Part shown: positions 8,452 to 16,460 of the stretch, piece by piece
How positions within the stretch are numbered: the first letter of the stretch is position 1
Layout of the letters: every line of letters begins with the position of its first letter
IMG/VR virus record: IMGVR_UViG_3300017763_000003
Strand: one strand, 5' to 3'
DNA: 64,000 bases
Source of the DNA: a virus
The notes under the pieces: model-generated
Database searches by the model: none
What the model saw: the letters and a program-made list of their open reading frames with translations, nothing else
Told to the model about the DNA's origin: nothing
Position numbers and translations under genes: made by a program

Positions 8452-9531
8452 ATGAAAATTATAAAGACTACCACACCCAAAGAAGTTCGTGATTTCGATG
8501 GTGAATATCCAAAAAAACTAGAACCAACTGATGTTGTCGAGATATTTCAGACTCCACTGACTGGCTCATATAACTGGGATTATACAGTACAAGATAATCG
8601 CATTCGTAAGTTGTATGAATTAGGCAAGGAGTTAAACTGGAATGTAGAGGTTGATGTTGATTGGTCGCCAGAGTTTGAAGGTATCACTGATGAAGAGTTT
8701 GAGTTTGAAGATAATCAATGGACTGAACATGAAATGTATAAAGGCTGGGATACAAAGAAACGAAAAGCATTTTTACATGACCAAAACGCATGGGCACTTA
8801 GTCAGTTTTTACATGGTGAGCAAGGTGCTTTACTTGTAGCAAGTCAGTTAGCATCCTGTGCTCCAACATTCAACGCAAAGTTGTATGCAGCAAGTCAAAC
8901 CTTTGACGAAGCAAGACATGTAGAAGCATTTAACAAATATTTACAGACAAGAATTAAAACGAGTTGGCCAATAGGAACTGGTCTGAAAACTTTACTAGAT
9001 AAAATACTTACTGACCCAAGATGGGATTTAAAGTTTATCGGAATGCAAGTAATTATTGAAGGACTCGCACTCGCAGCATTTAATGCTTCAAAAGAATCAA
9101 GTCGTGACCCAGTATATAAAGAGATGATTGGATTAATTATTAGAGATGAAGCTAGGCATGTGACTTTTGGTATTAATTATTTACATGAGTTTGTTAAAAC
9201 TTTATCAGAAGAAGAAGTATTAGATCGTGCTAAGTTTGCACTTGAAGCATGTACAGTATCAAGAAATAGATTAAGACCTTTTGAAGTATGGAAAAAATAT
9301 GGATTAGATTTAGTAGCAACTGAAGAATATTCAAAAGAAAATTTATTTCAAACACAGTTTCAAGAAGTATTGTTCAGTAGAATAATGCCTAACCTGAAAA
9401 AAATTGGATTACTTCCTGAAGAAGTTATTCCTGGATATGAAAAACTAGGAGTGCTGAAATACAGTGAAAGTGATAGTGATTATGAATTAGACTGGGATGA
9501 ACTCAGTAAACCTTTAAAGGAAGCAGTATAA
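8452..9531 (+). CDS. Ferritin-like diiron protein (AurF-like oxygenase family)
   Basis: FLHGEQGA, DEARH, IIEGLA, second DEARH; YNWDY N-terminal motif. Confidence 0.8.
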   Translation: MKIIKTTTPKEVRDFDGEYPKKLEPTDVVEIFQTPLTGSYNWDYTVQDNRIRKLYELGKELNWNVEVDVDWSPEFEGITDEEFEFEDNQWTEHEMYKGWDTKKRKAFLHDQNAWALSQFLHGEQGALLVASQLASCAPTFNAKLYAASQTFDEARHVEAFNKYLQTRIKTSWPIGTGLKTLLDKILTDPRWDLKFIGMQVIIEGLALAAFNASKESSRDPVYKEMIGLIIRDEARHVTFGINYLHEFVKTLSEEEVLDRAKFALEACTVSRNRLRPFEVWKKYGLDLVATEEYSKENLFQTQFQEVLFSRIMPNLKKIGLLPEEVIPGYEKLGVLKYSESDSDYELDWDELSKPLKEAV

Positions 9532-9532
9532 T

Positions 9533-9781
9533 ATGCCTTTATATAATGTAAAAAATAAAAAGACTGGCGAAGTAAAAGAATTATTTTGTAGTTATGATGA
9601 CAAAGTAAAGTATTTAGAAACCAATAAAGATTGGGAATCTATGATATCTGCACCAAATATCGGAGAAGCAGGTATCCTAGCAGGAACAGATGCTAGAAAA
9701 AAAGCAACAGGATTTAGAGATGTACTTGAAAGAGTAAGAACTAAAAATCCTGGAAGTAAGATAAACACAGAAGTATTTTAA
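9533..9781 (+). CDS. FmdB-like small protein (degenerate zinc ribbon)
   Basis: MPLYNVKNKKTGE...GFRDVLERV...PGS; usual position before phoH in T4-like phages. Confidence 0.65.
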   Translation: MPLYNVKNKKTGEVKELFCSYDDKVKYLETNKDWESMISAPNIGEAGILAGTDARKKATGFRDVLERVRTKNPGSKINTEVF

Positions 9782-9782
9782 T

Positions 9783-10538
9783 ATGCCCAGAGCGAAAAAA
9801 GCAGATGCTCCATCTGCTAAAGCAAAGTTGAAGATCGCCGATCTCAAACGAGTCGATCCTCTCAACGATAGTCAGAAAAAGTTTTTTGACTTCTATAATG
9901 ATAAAAGTAAACAAATCATTATGGCTCATGGTGTAGCTGGTACAGGTAAAACTTATATTGCGATGTATAAAGCATTAGAGTCTGTACTGAATAAAGAGTT
10001 TGAGAAAGTTTTGATTATTCGATCTGCTGTACAAAGTAGAGAGATTGGTCATTTGCCAGGAGATCTAGAAGAAAAGCTAGAACAATATCAACTGCCATAT
10101 AAACATATAGCATCGGCATTGTTCGCTAAGAAAGTAGATAATCTGGTTTATCCTGACCCATACGATAGGTTGATGACGCAACACAATTTAGATTTTGCTT
10201 CAACATCTTTCGTCAGGGGATTAACATTTGATGACACTGTAGTAATAGTGGACGAATGTCAAAATCTAAACTGGGAGGAACTTGACACAATTATTACAAG
10301 GGTGGGCGACCATTCTCGTATTGTGTTTTGTGGCGACTATCGCCAAACTGATTTAAGAAAGGGCACCGAAAGGGAAGGTCTTTTTAATTTCATGGAGATA
10401 GTAAGGCATATGAATAGTTATGCTCGTGTCGAGTTTACAGTAAACGACATCGTCAGAAGTGACTTAGTAAAAGAATATATCATTGCTAAGATTAAATCTG
10501 AAGATGCTAAACCTAAACAAACAAGGAGTAAACGATAA
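9783..10538 (+). CDS. phoH: PhoH-family ATPase
   Basis: GVAGTGKT, IGHLPG, VRGLTF, IVDECQN, GDYRQTD, DIVRS. Confidence 0.95.
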   Translation: MPRAKKADAPSAKAKLKIADLKRVDPLNDSQKKFFDFYNDKSKQIIMAHGVAGTGKTYIAMYKALESVLNKEFEKVLIIRSAVQSREIGHLPGDLEEKLEQYQLPYKHIASALFAKKVDNLVYPDPYDRLMTQHNLDFASTSFVRGLTFDDTVVIVDECQNLNWEELDTIITRVGDHSRIVFCGDYRQTDLRKGTEREGLFNFMEIVRHMNSYARVEFTVNDIVRSDLVKEYIIAKIKSEDAKPKQTRSKR

Positions 10539-10663
10539 TGTTAGATATTCTATTCTGGATTGCAGTTGGTGCTTTCATCGGCTGGAATTTTCCACAACCC
10601 TTTTGGGCGAGTTGGATTGAAACAACTGTAAAAGGTTGGCTTTCAAAAATTAATACAAAATAA
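10538..10663 (+). CDS. Small membrane protein (41 aa, not in ORF track)
   Basis: MLDILFWIAVGAFIGWNFPQPFWASWIETTVKGWLSKINTK; SD AAGGAG; TAATG coupling. Confidence 0.75.
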   Translation: MLDILFWIAVGAFIGWNFPQPFWASWIETTVKGWLSKINTK

Positions 10664-10678
10664 CTAAAAGGAGATATT

Positions 10679-10909
10679 ATGCAAAAAGTTATTGATTGGT
10701 TGAAATGTGTAGGAGCAAAATTGTTTCCTGTTCTTGATACAAACAAAGATGGTGTTCTTGATAAAGAAGACTTTAAGTATCTTGAAAAGAAAACTAAAGA
10801 CGAGCTCGAAGCACTTGGTCGTAAGATTGGTGTTGAACTAGACAAAAGACAAACCAAAGCAAAGTTAATTGCTGCAATTAAAAAAGCAAAAAAGAAATTA
10901 AAGGTGTAA
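10679..10909 (+). CDS. EF-hand plus Rho-N/HeH-like small protein
   Basis: DTNKDGVLDKED 12-residue loop; TKDELEALGRKIGVELDKRQTKAKLI. Confidence 0.7.
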   Translation: MQKVIDWLKCVGAKLFPVLDTNKDGVLDKEDFKYLEKKTKDELEALGRKIGVELDKRQTKAKLIAAIKKAKKKLKV

Positions 10910-11005
10910 GTGGAGCAGTAAATGGTAAACAACCTCTTCGTTTTCGTAAGAGGAATGCTATTCGCAGGAATGCGAAAGTTGTACCATTTCATCCCTGGCA
11001 CCTTT
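10900..11005 (+). ncRNA. Candidate structured RNA (three-way junction) upstream of the endolysin
   Basis: Stems 10900-07/10998-11005, 10920-26/10983-89, 10929-33/10978-82, 10934-38/10948-52, 10961-66/10971-76 with a GGAA tetraloop. Confidence 0.55.
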
Positions 11006-11035
11006 ATAAAGATTTTACAACAAAGGAGTAAATCA

Positions 11036-11482
11036 ATGTCATTTGACAGAGAGAAACTAAGAGAAGAACTCATTCGCGATGAAGGAGTTAAATTCGAAAT
11101 ATACAACGACCATCTCGGTTATCCTACATTTGGTATCGGACACCTCGTCACAGAAGATGACGAAGAACATGGTAAAGCTGTAGGAACTGCTGTATCTGAA
11201 GATCGTTGCTGGGAAGTATTCGATACTGATGTAGAAAAGTTCGTCACGGAAGTGAAGAAAGTATATCCTGATATCGAAAGCTATCCTGATACTGTACAGA
11301 GAGTCCTAATCAACATGTGTTTTAACATGGGAGCACCAAGACTTGGTAAGTTCAAAAACATGAAAAAAGCAGTTGAAGCAGGTGACTGGAAACAGGCAGC
11401 AATTGAAGGAAGAGATAGTCGTTGGCACAAACAGGTACCAAATCGTGCTGAAAGACTTATGGTTGCACTTGAAGAAGTATAA
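11036..11482 (+). CDS. e: T4-type lysozyme / endolysin (GH24)
   Basis: DEGVKFEIYNDHLGYPTFGIGHL (E-x8-D-x5-T), NMCFNMG, SRWHKQVPNRA; SD AAGGAG fixes the start at 11036. Confidence 0.9.
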   Translation: MSFDREKLREELIRDEGVKFEIYNDHLGYPTFGIGHLVTEDDEEHGKAVGTAVSEDRCWEVFDTDVEKFVTEVKKVYPDIESYPDTVQRVLINMCFNMGAPRLGKFKNMKKAVEAGDWKQAAIEGRDSRWHKQVPNRAERLMVALEEV

Positions 11483-11605
11483 GGATTTGCTTTTTAAGAA
11501 AGTAAAGACTATCATATACAAATATCGACGAAACCAGTCCAAGTGGGATGATAGATTTCATAAGGACAAAAACGGAAAGCCGATTGATATTAAGAAGTAA
11601 ATATT

Positions 11606-12256
11606 ATGTTTAATCATGTACCAATTGAAGTGGGTAAACTGAAGCAGGTAAATGCTGAAGGTGGGAGATATTATGAAACTCCCACTGGTGCTAAGTATCC
11701 TTCAGTGACATCTATTACTAGACTACAAAACATGGAATCTATCCAAGCATGGAAAGATAAAGTGGGTGAAGTAGAAGCTAGTAAAATATCTAGACGAGCA
11801 CTCGCTCGTGGTAATAAGATACATCACTTAGCTGAGAAGTATTTACTCAACGAGGGTGATTTATCTGACGATTTCAGCAAACAAGATTTCGGTCAGATGA
11901 TACCATATCTCGATAAAATTAATAACATTCACTGTTTAGAAACTCAATTATATTCAGACCATCTTGAAACTGCAGGTACTGTAGATTGTATAGCTGAATA
12001 TGAAGGGAAACTAACAGTAATTGACTTCAAGACCTCTGCTAAAATGAAGAAGAGGGAATGGGTCAAAGATTATTTTATGCAGTGTTCAGCTTATGCTGTC
12101 ATGTATGAAGAAAGGACTGGCACTCCTATTGAAAGAATGCTACTAATCATTAATGTTGAAGACCAAGGCATACAATTACTAGATGCTAAAAGGGATGACT
12201 ACATTGAGGATTTTTTAGATCTAAGAAAAACTTATAGAAAAATGAAGGAGAACTAA
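11606..12256 (+). CDS. PD-(D/E)XK (Cas4-like) exonuclease
   Basis: YPSVTS, RGNKIH, AGTVDCI, IDFKTS, YFMQCSAYA. Confidence 0.9.
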   Translation: MFNHVPIEVGKLKQVNAEGGRYYETPTGAKYPSVTSITRLQNMESIQAWKDKVGEVEASKISRRALARGNKIHHLAEKYLLNEGDLSDDFSKQDFGQMIPYLDKINNIHCLETQLYSDHLETAGTVDCIAEYEGKLTVIDFKTSAKMKKREWVKDYFMQCSAYAVMYEERTGTPIERMLLIINVEDQGIQLLDAKRDDYIEDFLDLRKTYRKMKEN

Positions 12257-12257
12257 A

Positions 12258-12770
12258 ATGGAAGGAACTCGTTTAACCGACCAAGTGTTCTATATGCGTG
12301 AAGATAATGATTGGGTTTTGAAAAGAACTCAAGACTTGTTTAATGACAAGGATGTGGTAGTTTTTGGATTGCCTGGAGCATTTACACCTACATGTTCAGC
12401 TTTTCAGTTGCCAAAGTTTGAGGAGTTATATGATAACTTCAAGGACTTGGGTATGGATGAAGTTTATTGTACAGCTGTAAATGATTCTTTCGTAATGAAT
12501 GCGTGGTTTGACCAACAAGGGATTACCAAAGTAAAACCTTTGCCTGATGGCAATGCTGACTTTGCTAGAAGTACAGGTATGCTGAATGACTTTACTAATA
12601 GAGGATTCGGTGAAAGGTCTTGGCGATACAGTATGTATGTTAAGAATGGGGAGATTAAATTACGATATGCCGAGTGGGGATACCCAGAAGCATGTCCAAT
12701 TCAAGATCCTTTTGAAGTATCTGGTGCTGAAAAAATGCTTGAAGCACTTAAACATATAAAGGCAAATTAA
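12258..12770 (+). CDS. Peroxiredoxin (Prx5/redoxin type)
   Basis: LPGAFTPTCS, VNDSFVMNAW, PDGN, GFGERSWRYSM, DPFEVS. Confidence 0.95.
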   Translation: MEGTRLTDQVFYMREDNDWVLKRTQDLFNDKDVVVFGLPGAFTPTCSAFQLPKFEELYDNFKDLGMDEVYCTAVNDSFVMNAWFDQQGITKVKPLPDGNADFARSTGMLNDFTNRGFGERSWRYSMYVKNGEIKLRYAEWGYPEACPIQDPFEVSGAEKMLEALKHIKAN

Positions 12771-12771
12771 C

Positions 12772-12942
12772 ATGGAGTATGGATATTTACAAGCAGGTCT
12801 AGTTGACTTTGCTATGGTATTCCTAGTCCTTGTTTTTTTAATTAACACTGGCTGGTTTACCCTATGGGGATTATCAGGTGGACTTAAAAAATTCTTCTCT
12901 TTCAAAAAGAAGAACAAAGAAATGGATGATGGGGGATGGTAG
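12772..12942 (+). CDS. Small membrane protein (56 aa, not in ORF track)
   Basis: MEYGYLQAGLVDFAMVFLVLVFLINTGWFTLWGLSGGLKKFF...; fills the gap. Confidence 0.6.
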   Translation: MEYGYLQAGLVDFAMVFLVLVFLINTGWFTLWGLSGGLKKFFSFKKKNKEMDDGGW

Positions 12943-13454
12943 AAGATAACTGGAAACTCGGAGAAGAGGGCGATATTATTGACCAATTAAACAGTCCAGA
13001 ACATAAGATTGATGAATGGTTTATGAACTATTCGGTTGGTTGTCCACATTTTGCTGATGAAGTAAGAGAAGAACTAATCGCACTCAGGGATGAAGAAAGA
13101 TCGTTAAGGGATGTATATTGTTTGGCAGCAGCATTAACTATTAATGCTCGTGACCTCGTACATGATATCACTCAATCTATTATGGACTTTAATAAGTTAG
13201 GATTGAACGATGAACGAGATAATATACTAAAGCTGGTTCATAAAGCTATCAAAGACTTCACAGAGCATGGAGATGGTGACATGTATGGTGCACCAGAACT
13301 TAACTTAGTTAATGAAGGCAAGCACTTTATGGAGGGTGATGTGCGTCAAGCAGTCGCCATAGCTATGGGTGTACACCTAAATGACAGACATCCTGATATT
13401 GTAAGAATTAGAGAATTAGTGTCACTGATAAAGAGAGTGCATATTTTAATTTAA
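12936..13454 (+). CDS. Hypothetical protein, possibly degenerate AhpD/CMD-like
   Basis: PHFADEVREEL...YCLAAALTINARDLVHDI resembles the AhpD N-terminal helices; no CxxC. Confidence 0.4.
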   Translation: MVEDNWKLGEEGDIIDQLNSPEHKIDEWFMNYSVGCPHFADEVREELIALRDEERSLRDVYCLAAALTINARDLVHDITQSIMDFNKLGLNDERDNILKLVHKAIKDFTEHGDGDMYGAPELNLVNEGKHFMEGDVRQAVAIAMGVHLNDRHPDIVRIRELVSLIKRVHILI

Positions 13455-13487
13455 TAAATACTCTTTACATCACGAAAGGAGGTCACT

Positions 13488-14042
13488 ATGAAAGTAGCGA
13501 AACAAATCCTTATAATGATAACTCTGTTATTTATGGGAGTAGCAGTATCAATGGCAACTCAAGCATATGCCAGCTGGTCTTACCCCACAATAGTAAATAC
13601 AGATAAGAAGGCATTTATAGTTTCAATGTCTCTGTGTGTTGACAGTATATACAGGCAAGAACCCAATCATCGTCATTTCCCAAAAGAACTAATTATAGCA
13701 CAAGCCATACTAGAATCTGGTTATGGTACATCTCGCTTCGCACATGAAGCAAACAATCTATTTGGTATTCGTACATGGAATGAACAAACTCCTCATGTAA
13801 AACCAGTCACCCATCATAATGAATGGCATGGCTGGGGTGTCAAAGCATATCAGACTAAATGTCATAGTGCCTTTGACTTAGTAAGGATACTGAACGATTT
13901 ACACTTTTATGAAAAGCTGAGGGATGCTAGGGATCGAGGTGAGGATGCACATATACTGGTACACTATCTAGAATCATTCTCAACTAACCCAGCATATGGT
14001 AAGTTGCTTGAGTCTATTATTAAAAACGACCTGAAATCTTAA
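13488..14042 (+). CDS. GH73 glucosaminidase-like peptidoglycan hydrolase with signal/TM
   Basis: AQAILESGYGTSRFA, NNLFGIRTW, FSTNPAY; AATAAATA late-like box at 13453. Confidence 0.85.
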   Translation: MKVAKQILIMITLLFMGVAVSMATQAYASWSYPTIVNTDKKAFIVSMSLCVDSIYRQEPNHRHFPKELIIAQAILESGYGTSRFAHEANNLFGIRTWNEQTPHVKPVTHHNEWHGWGVKAYQTKCHSAFDLVRILNDLHFYEKLRDARDRGEDAHILVHYLESFSTNPAYGKLLESIIKNDLKS

Positions 14043-14046
14043 TAAC

Positions 14047-14107
14047 ACTAAATAGTTGTGTCGCAACTGAGAAATGGGTATATATCTCTTCTCAACTTAA
14101 CTAAATA
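14047..14107 (+). promoter_or_regulatory. Tandem late promoters
   Basis: ACTAAATA at 14047-14054 and 14100-14107. Confidence 0.65.
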
Positions 14108-14143
14108 ATAGTATCATAAACAAAGTAAACTAGGAGATACATA

Positions 14144-14761
14144 ATGGCTATAGAAGTCGAAAAGATGGGAGTAGATCCCAACGCAAATTTGAAGACTCAA
14201 ACTGCAGCAGAAGTAAGAATGCAGAAAGAGTTAGAAAGACAACTGAATAATGACGCAGGTCGAGCAAAAATAATTGAGACCTTTGCGGAAATCCAAGAAG
14301 CAGAAGCTAAAGGTGAAACTGTACCATCATGGGAAACAGATGAGAACCAAGAGGAATACAACTTTATCTTTAGAAATGGACAAGAATTTAATGTAATCGC
14401 ACCAACACTTGAGTTTGCTAAAAAGCAATGCGAGTTATGGCTACAAGATTTTAAACATGTCGGTGAAGACTGGGAAGTTTTTGATGTTGAGATTACAGAT
14501 CTAGAAGAAATAAAAGACAGATTTTACAAAGCACCAGTAATGAATGGTGGAAACTCTGAAACTGTTGTCGCTACTTTGCCGAATGAAAGTGAAGATTTCG
14601 TCAAGGCATTTGAAGCAGAAGATGAAGAGGATAAGAAACATTACTTCAAAATCTTAGAAGATAGTGAAGGCAATGTAATAGGCGAGGTTGAAGTCGATGC
14701 GCAAGGCAACGAATTAAAGGCAAAACCTGCTAAGAAAAAGGCAGCAAAAAAGTCTAAATAA
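14144..14761 (+). CDS. Acidic late protein with Lys/Ala-rich tail
   Basis: SD AGGAG, late promoters upstream, terminator downstream. Confidence 0.8.
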   Translation: MAIEVEKMGVDPNANLKTQTAAEVRMQKELERQLNNDAGRAKIIETFAEIQEAEAKGETVPSWETDENQEEYNFIFRNGQEFNVIAPTLEFAKKQCELWLQDFKHVGEDWEVFDVEITDLEEIKDRFYKAPVMNGGNSETVVATLPNESEDFVKAFEAEDEEDKKHYFKILEDSEGNVIGEVEVDAQGNELKAKPAKKKAAKKSK

Positions 14762-14783
14762 CACAAAAAAAGACCTAGTTTAC

Positions 14784-14814
14784 AAAGGGGAGTCCGCAAT
14801 GGCTCCCCTTTTTT
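14784..14814 (+). terminator. Rho-independent terminator
   Basis: AAAGGGGAGTC-loop-GGCTCCCCTTT followed by a T-tract. Confidence 0.9.
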
Positions 14815-14818
14815 GTTA

Positions 14819-14899
14819 TAAGTCATTGATTTCATATAACTAATTAATCTAAAAAAAGAGACGATTTTACTTGACTTTTGGAGTCAATTAGGATACAAT
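14819..14899 (+). promoter_or_regulatory. Sigma70-type early promoter with upstream IHF-consensus site
   Basis: TAAGTCATTGATT 14819-14831; TTGACT 14871-14876, 17 bp, TACAAT 14894-14899; near-copy of the 4436 promoter. Confidence 0.85.
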
Positions 14900-14929
14900 T
14901 GCTGTATAATTAAATAAAGAGGTAAATAT

Positions 14930-15205
14930 ATGACAATTAATATAACTAATAACTACGAATATTCAGGTGTAAATGCTGATGCGTGTGGGGATATTGAAAG
15001 AGTTTGTACTTTTAAACAAGGTATTAAACACTATGGTGTTCCAGGGTCTGCTTTTAAGGGTATGACTAAGGTTGCGTCTCTTATGAGAATGCGTGTGTCT
15101 GAGGATAAAGATGGTAAAGAGGTCAAAAGACCTACTTATTTCGCTGTTTTTGATGCTGATGAAATGCAGTCTAGAGCGAGAGCGTTTAAAAAGGGTGCTG
15201 CATAA
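14930..15205 (+). CDS. ArdC N-terminal-like (ssDNA-binding) early protein
   Basis: YSGVN...TFKQG...KG...YFAVFD follows the ArdC-N pattern YxGxN..TFxQ..KG..FxVFN. Confidence 0.5.
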   Translation: MTINITNNYEYSGVNADACGDIERVCTFKQGIKHYGVPGSAFKGMTKVASLMRMRVSEDKDGKEVKRPTYFAVFDADEMQSRARAFKKGAA

Positions 15206-15264
15206 GCACCCTCTAAGTGGTTGTATTCATTATGATAAATCTTCAAAAAAAAGTAAAAAAGTTC

Positions 15265-15293
15265 TTGACTTTTGGTCGTAAATGGAGTACAAT
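15265..15293 (+). promoter_or_regulatory. Sigma70-type early promoter with A-tract UP element
   Basis: TTGACT, 17 bp, TACAAT. Confidence 0.8.
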
Positions 15294-15327
15294 CAACTTA
15301 ATGATTAACAAAAAAAAGGAAAAAAAT

Positions 15328-15636
15328 ATGACTTTTAATTATGCTGAATATCGTGATATAATCGAAAATACTTGTGAAGCTGAAAATTCTGAAGGCGATC
15401 GATTCGACGCTTATGATAAACTGAGTGGTAAAACTGTATTTGACTTTGACCCAAAAGCTGGTCTTGGTCAATCTATATCTTTCTATAATGATGGTACTAA
15501 TACTTATTTTGAAATTGGTGGTGCTTATATGAATGCTGGATTGATGATACTTCATGATATGTTATTTGATAATGCTGAGTATAAAAGTATTGTTGATAAT
15601 ATGGTTCGCGAATCTATTGAAGGTCTTAACGATTAA
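15328..15636 (+). CDS. Early hypothetical protein
   Basis: SD AAGGA; start corrected to lie downstream of the promoter. Confidence 0.75.
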   Translation: MTFNYAEYRDIIENTCEAENSEGDRFDAYDKLSGKTVFDFDPKAGLGQSISFYNDGTNTYFEIGGAYMNAGLMILHDMLFDNAEYKSIVDNMVRESIEGLND

Positions 15637-15657
15637 TAATAATAAAGGAGAAAAATT

Positions 15658-15846
15658 ATGAGTAAAATGGGTAATTTATATTTAGAGCTGACTGAAAGAG
15701 CTCAGGACTTTATCGCTGATTATGCCGATAAAAAATATTTAACATTACTAGATGCTAAAGATGCATTCTTAAATGAAAAAGGTGAGGATGCTGCTGGTGT
15801 ATTTGATACTGAAGCTGAAGTTGCTTCTGAGTTAGGTATCATATAA
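15658..15846 (+). CDS. Early hypothetical protein
   Basis: SD AAGGAG. Confidence 0.75.
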   Translation: MSKMGNLYLELTERAQDFIADYADKKYLTLLDAKDAFLNEKGEDAAGVFDTEAEVASELGII

Positions 15847-15959
15847 TGTTAGAAGCAATTCTATACTGGTTGATATTTCCTACACTAGGATTTACAATCT
15901 ACTGTGCATGCGTGGCTTTATACCTGCATGCCAAAGAAACTTTCGGAGATAATATATGA
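15846..15959 (+). CDS. Small membrane peptide (37 aa); a further 25-aa TM ORF follows at 15956-16033
   Basis: TAATG and ATGA translational coupling, hydrophobic. Confidence 0.5.
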   Translation: MLEAILYWLIFPTLGFTIYCACVALYLHAKETFGDNI

Positions 15960-16034
15960 TGAAATATATCGTCACTATTGTTATCGTGTTAAGTTTCTTT
16001 TTATATCTAATGTCAAAAATCGGAGGTCTATAAG

Positions 16035-16460
16035 ATGGCAATATTAGTAATAACAACTCAATACATGGAGAACTATGATGTTGACGAGGTATCTGAAGAA
16101 GGATACTGGAAATATAAAGGTGGTCATGACTTCATTGTTAATGATGTTGATGTTAATAATATTGCGTCAGTGGTGGACGAGATTAGTCCTTTGATTACAT
16201 ATTCTAATAGCATGTCTAGAGAATATGTGATTGACTGGTCAGTAAAATCTGACGACTTCGTACCACAATATGAGAAATCACAAAAAGAATGGTATGATGG
16301 TACATTGTACCATGAGCCAAGACTCTTTAAGAATGAAGATGGTCATTGGATCAAGATCAGGAAATTTGATGGTGATCGTGGTGGATATGAATACCATGAT
16401 AACCTTAACACTGAAGAGGTTATTCACAAATATGAATATAAAAAGGAGAATGCTGCATGA
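16035..16460 (+). CDS. Phage hypothetical protein
   Basis: SD GGAGG; TQYMENY...YWKYKGG. Confidence 0.8.
   Translation: MAILVITTQYMENYDVDEVSEEGYWKYKGGHDFIVNDVDVNNIASVVDEISPLITYSNSMSREYVIDWSVKSDDFVPQYEKSQKEWYDGTLYHEPRLFKNEDGHWIKIRKFDGDRGGYEYHDNLNTEEVIHKYEYKKENAA

Noticed and set aside
8452-9531. Ribonucleotide reductase beta subunit
   Set aside because: Motif context (FLHGEQGA, twin DEARH, YNWDY) fits AurF-like proteins; no nrdA nearby
10900-11005. Hammerhead ribozyme or SRP RNA identity for the three-way junction
   Set aside because: No CUGANGA core on either strand and no SRP helix-8 internal loop
10922-11035. 38-aa N-terminal extension (SAR-like) of the lysozyme in the ORF track
   Set aside because: A strong SD precedes ATG 11036, and the extension coincides with the structured RNA
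11606-12256. CRISPR-associated Cas4 / CRISPR locus
   Set aside because: No Fe-S cysteine set, no array and no other cas genes; a common phage exonuclease
15217-15327. N-terminal extension of an early ORF
   Set aside because: It spans a consensus promoter
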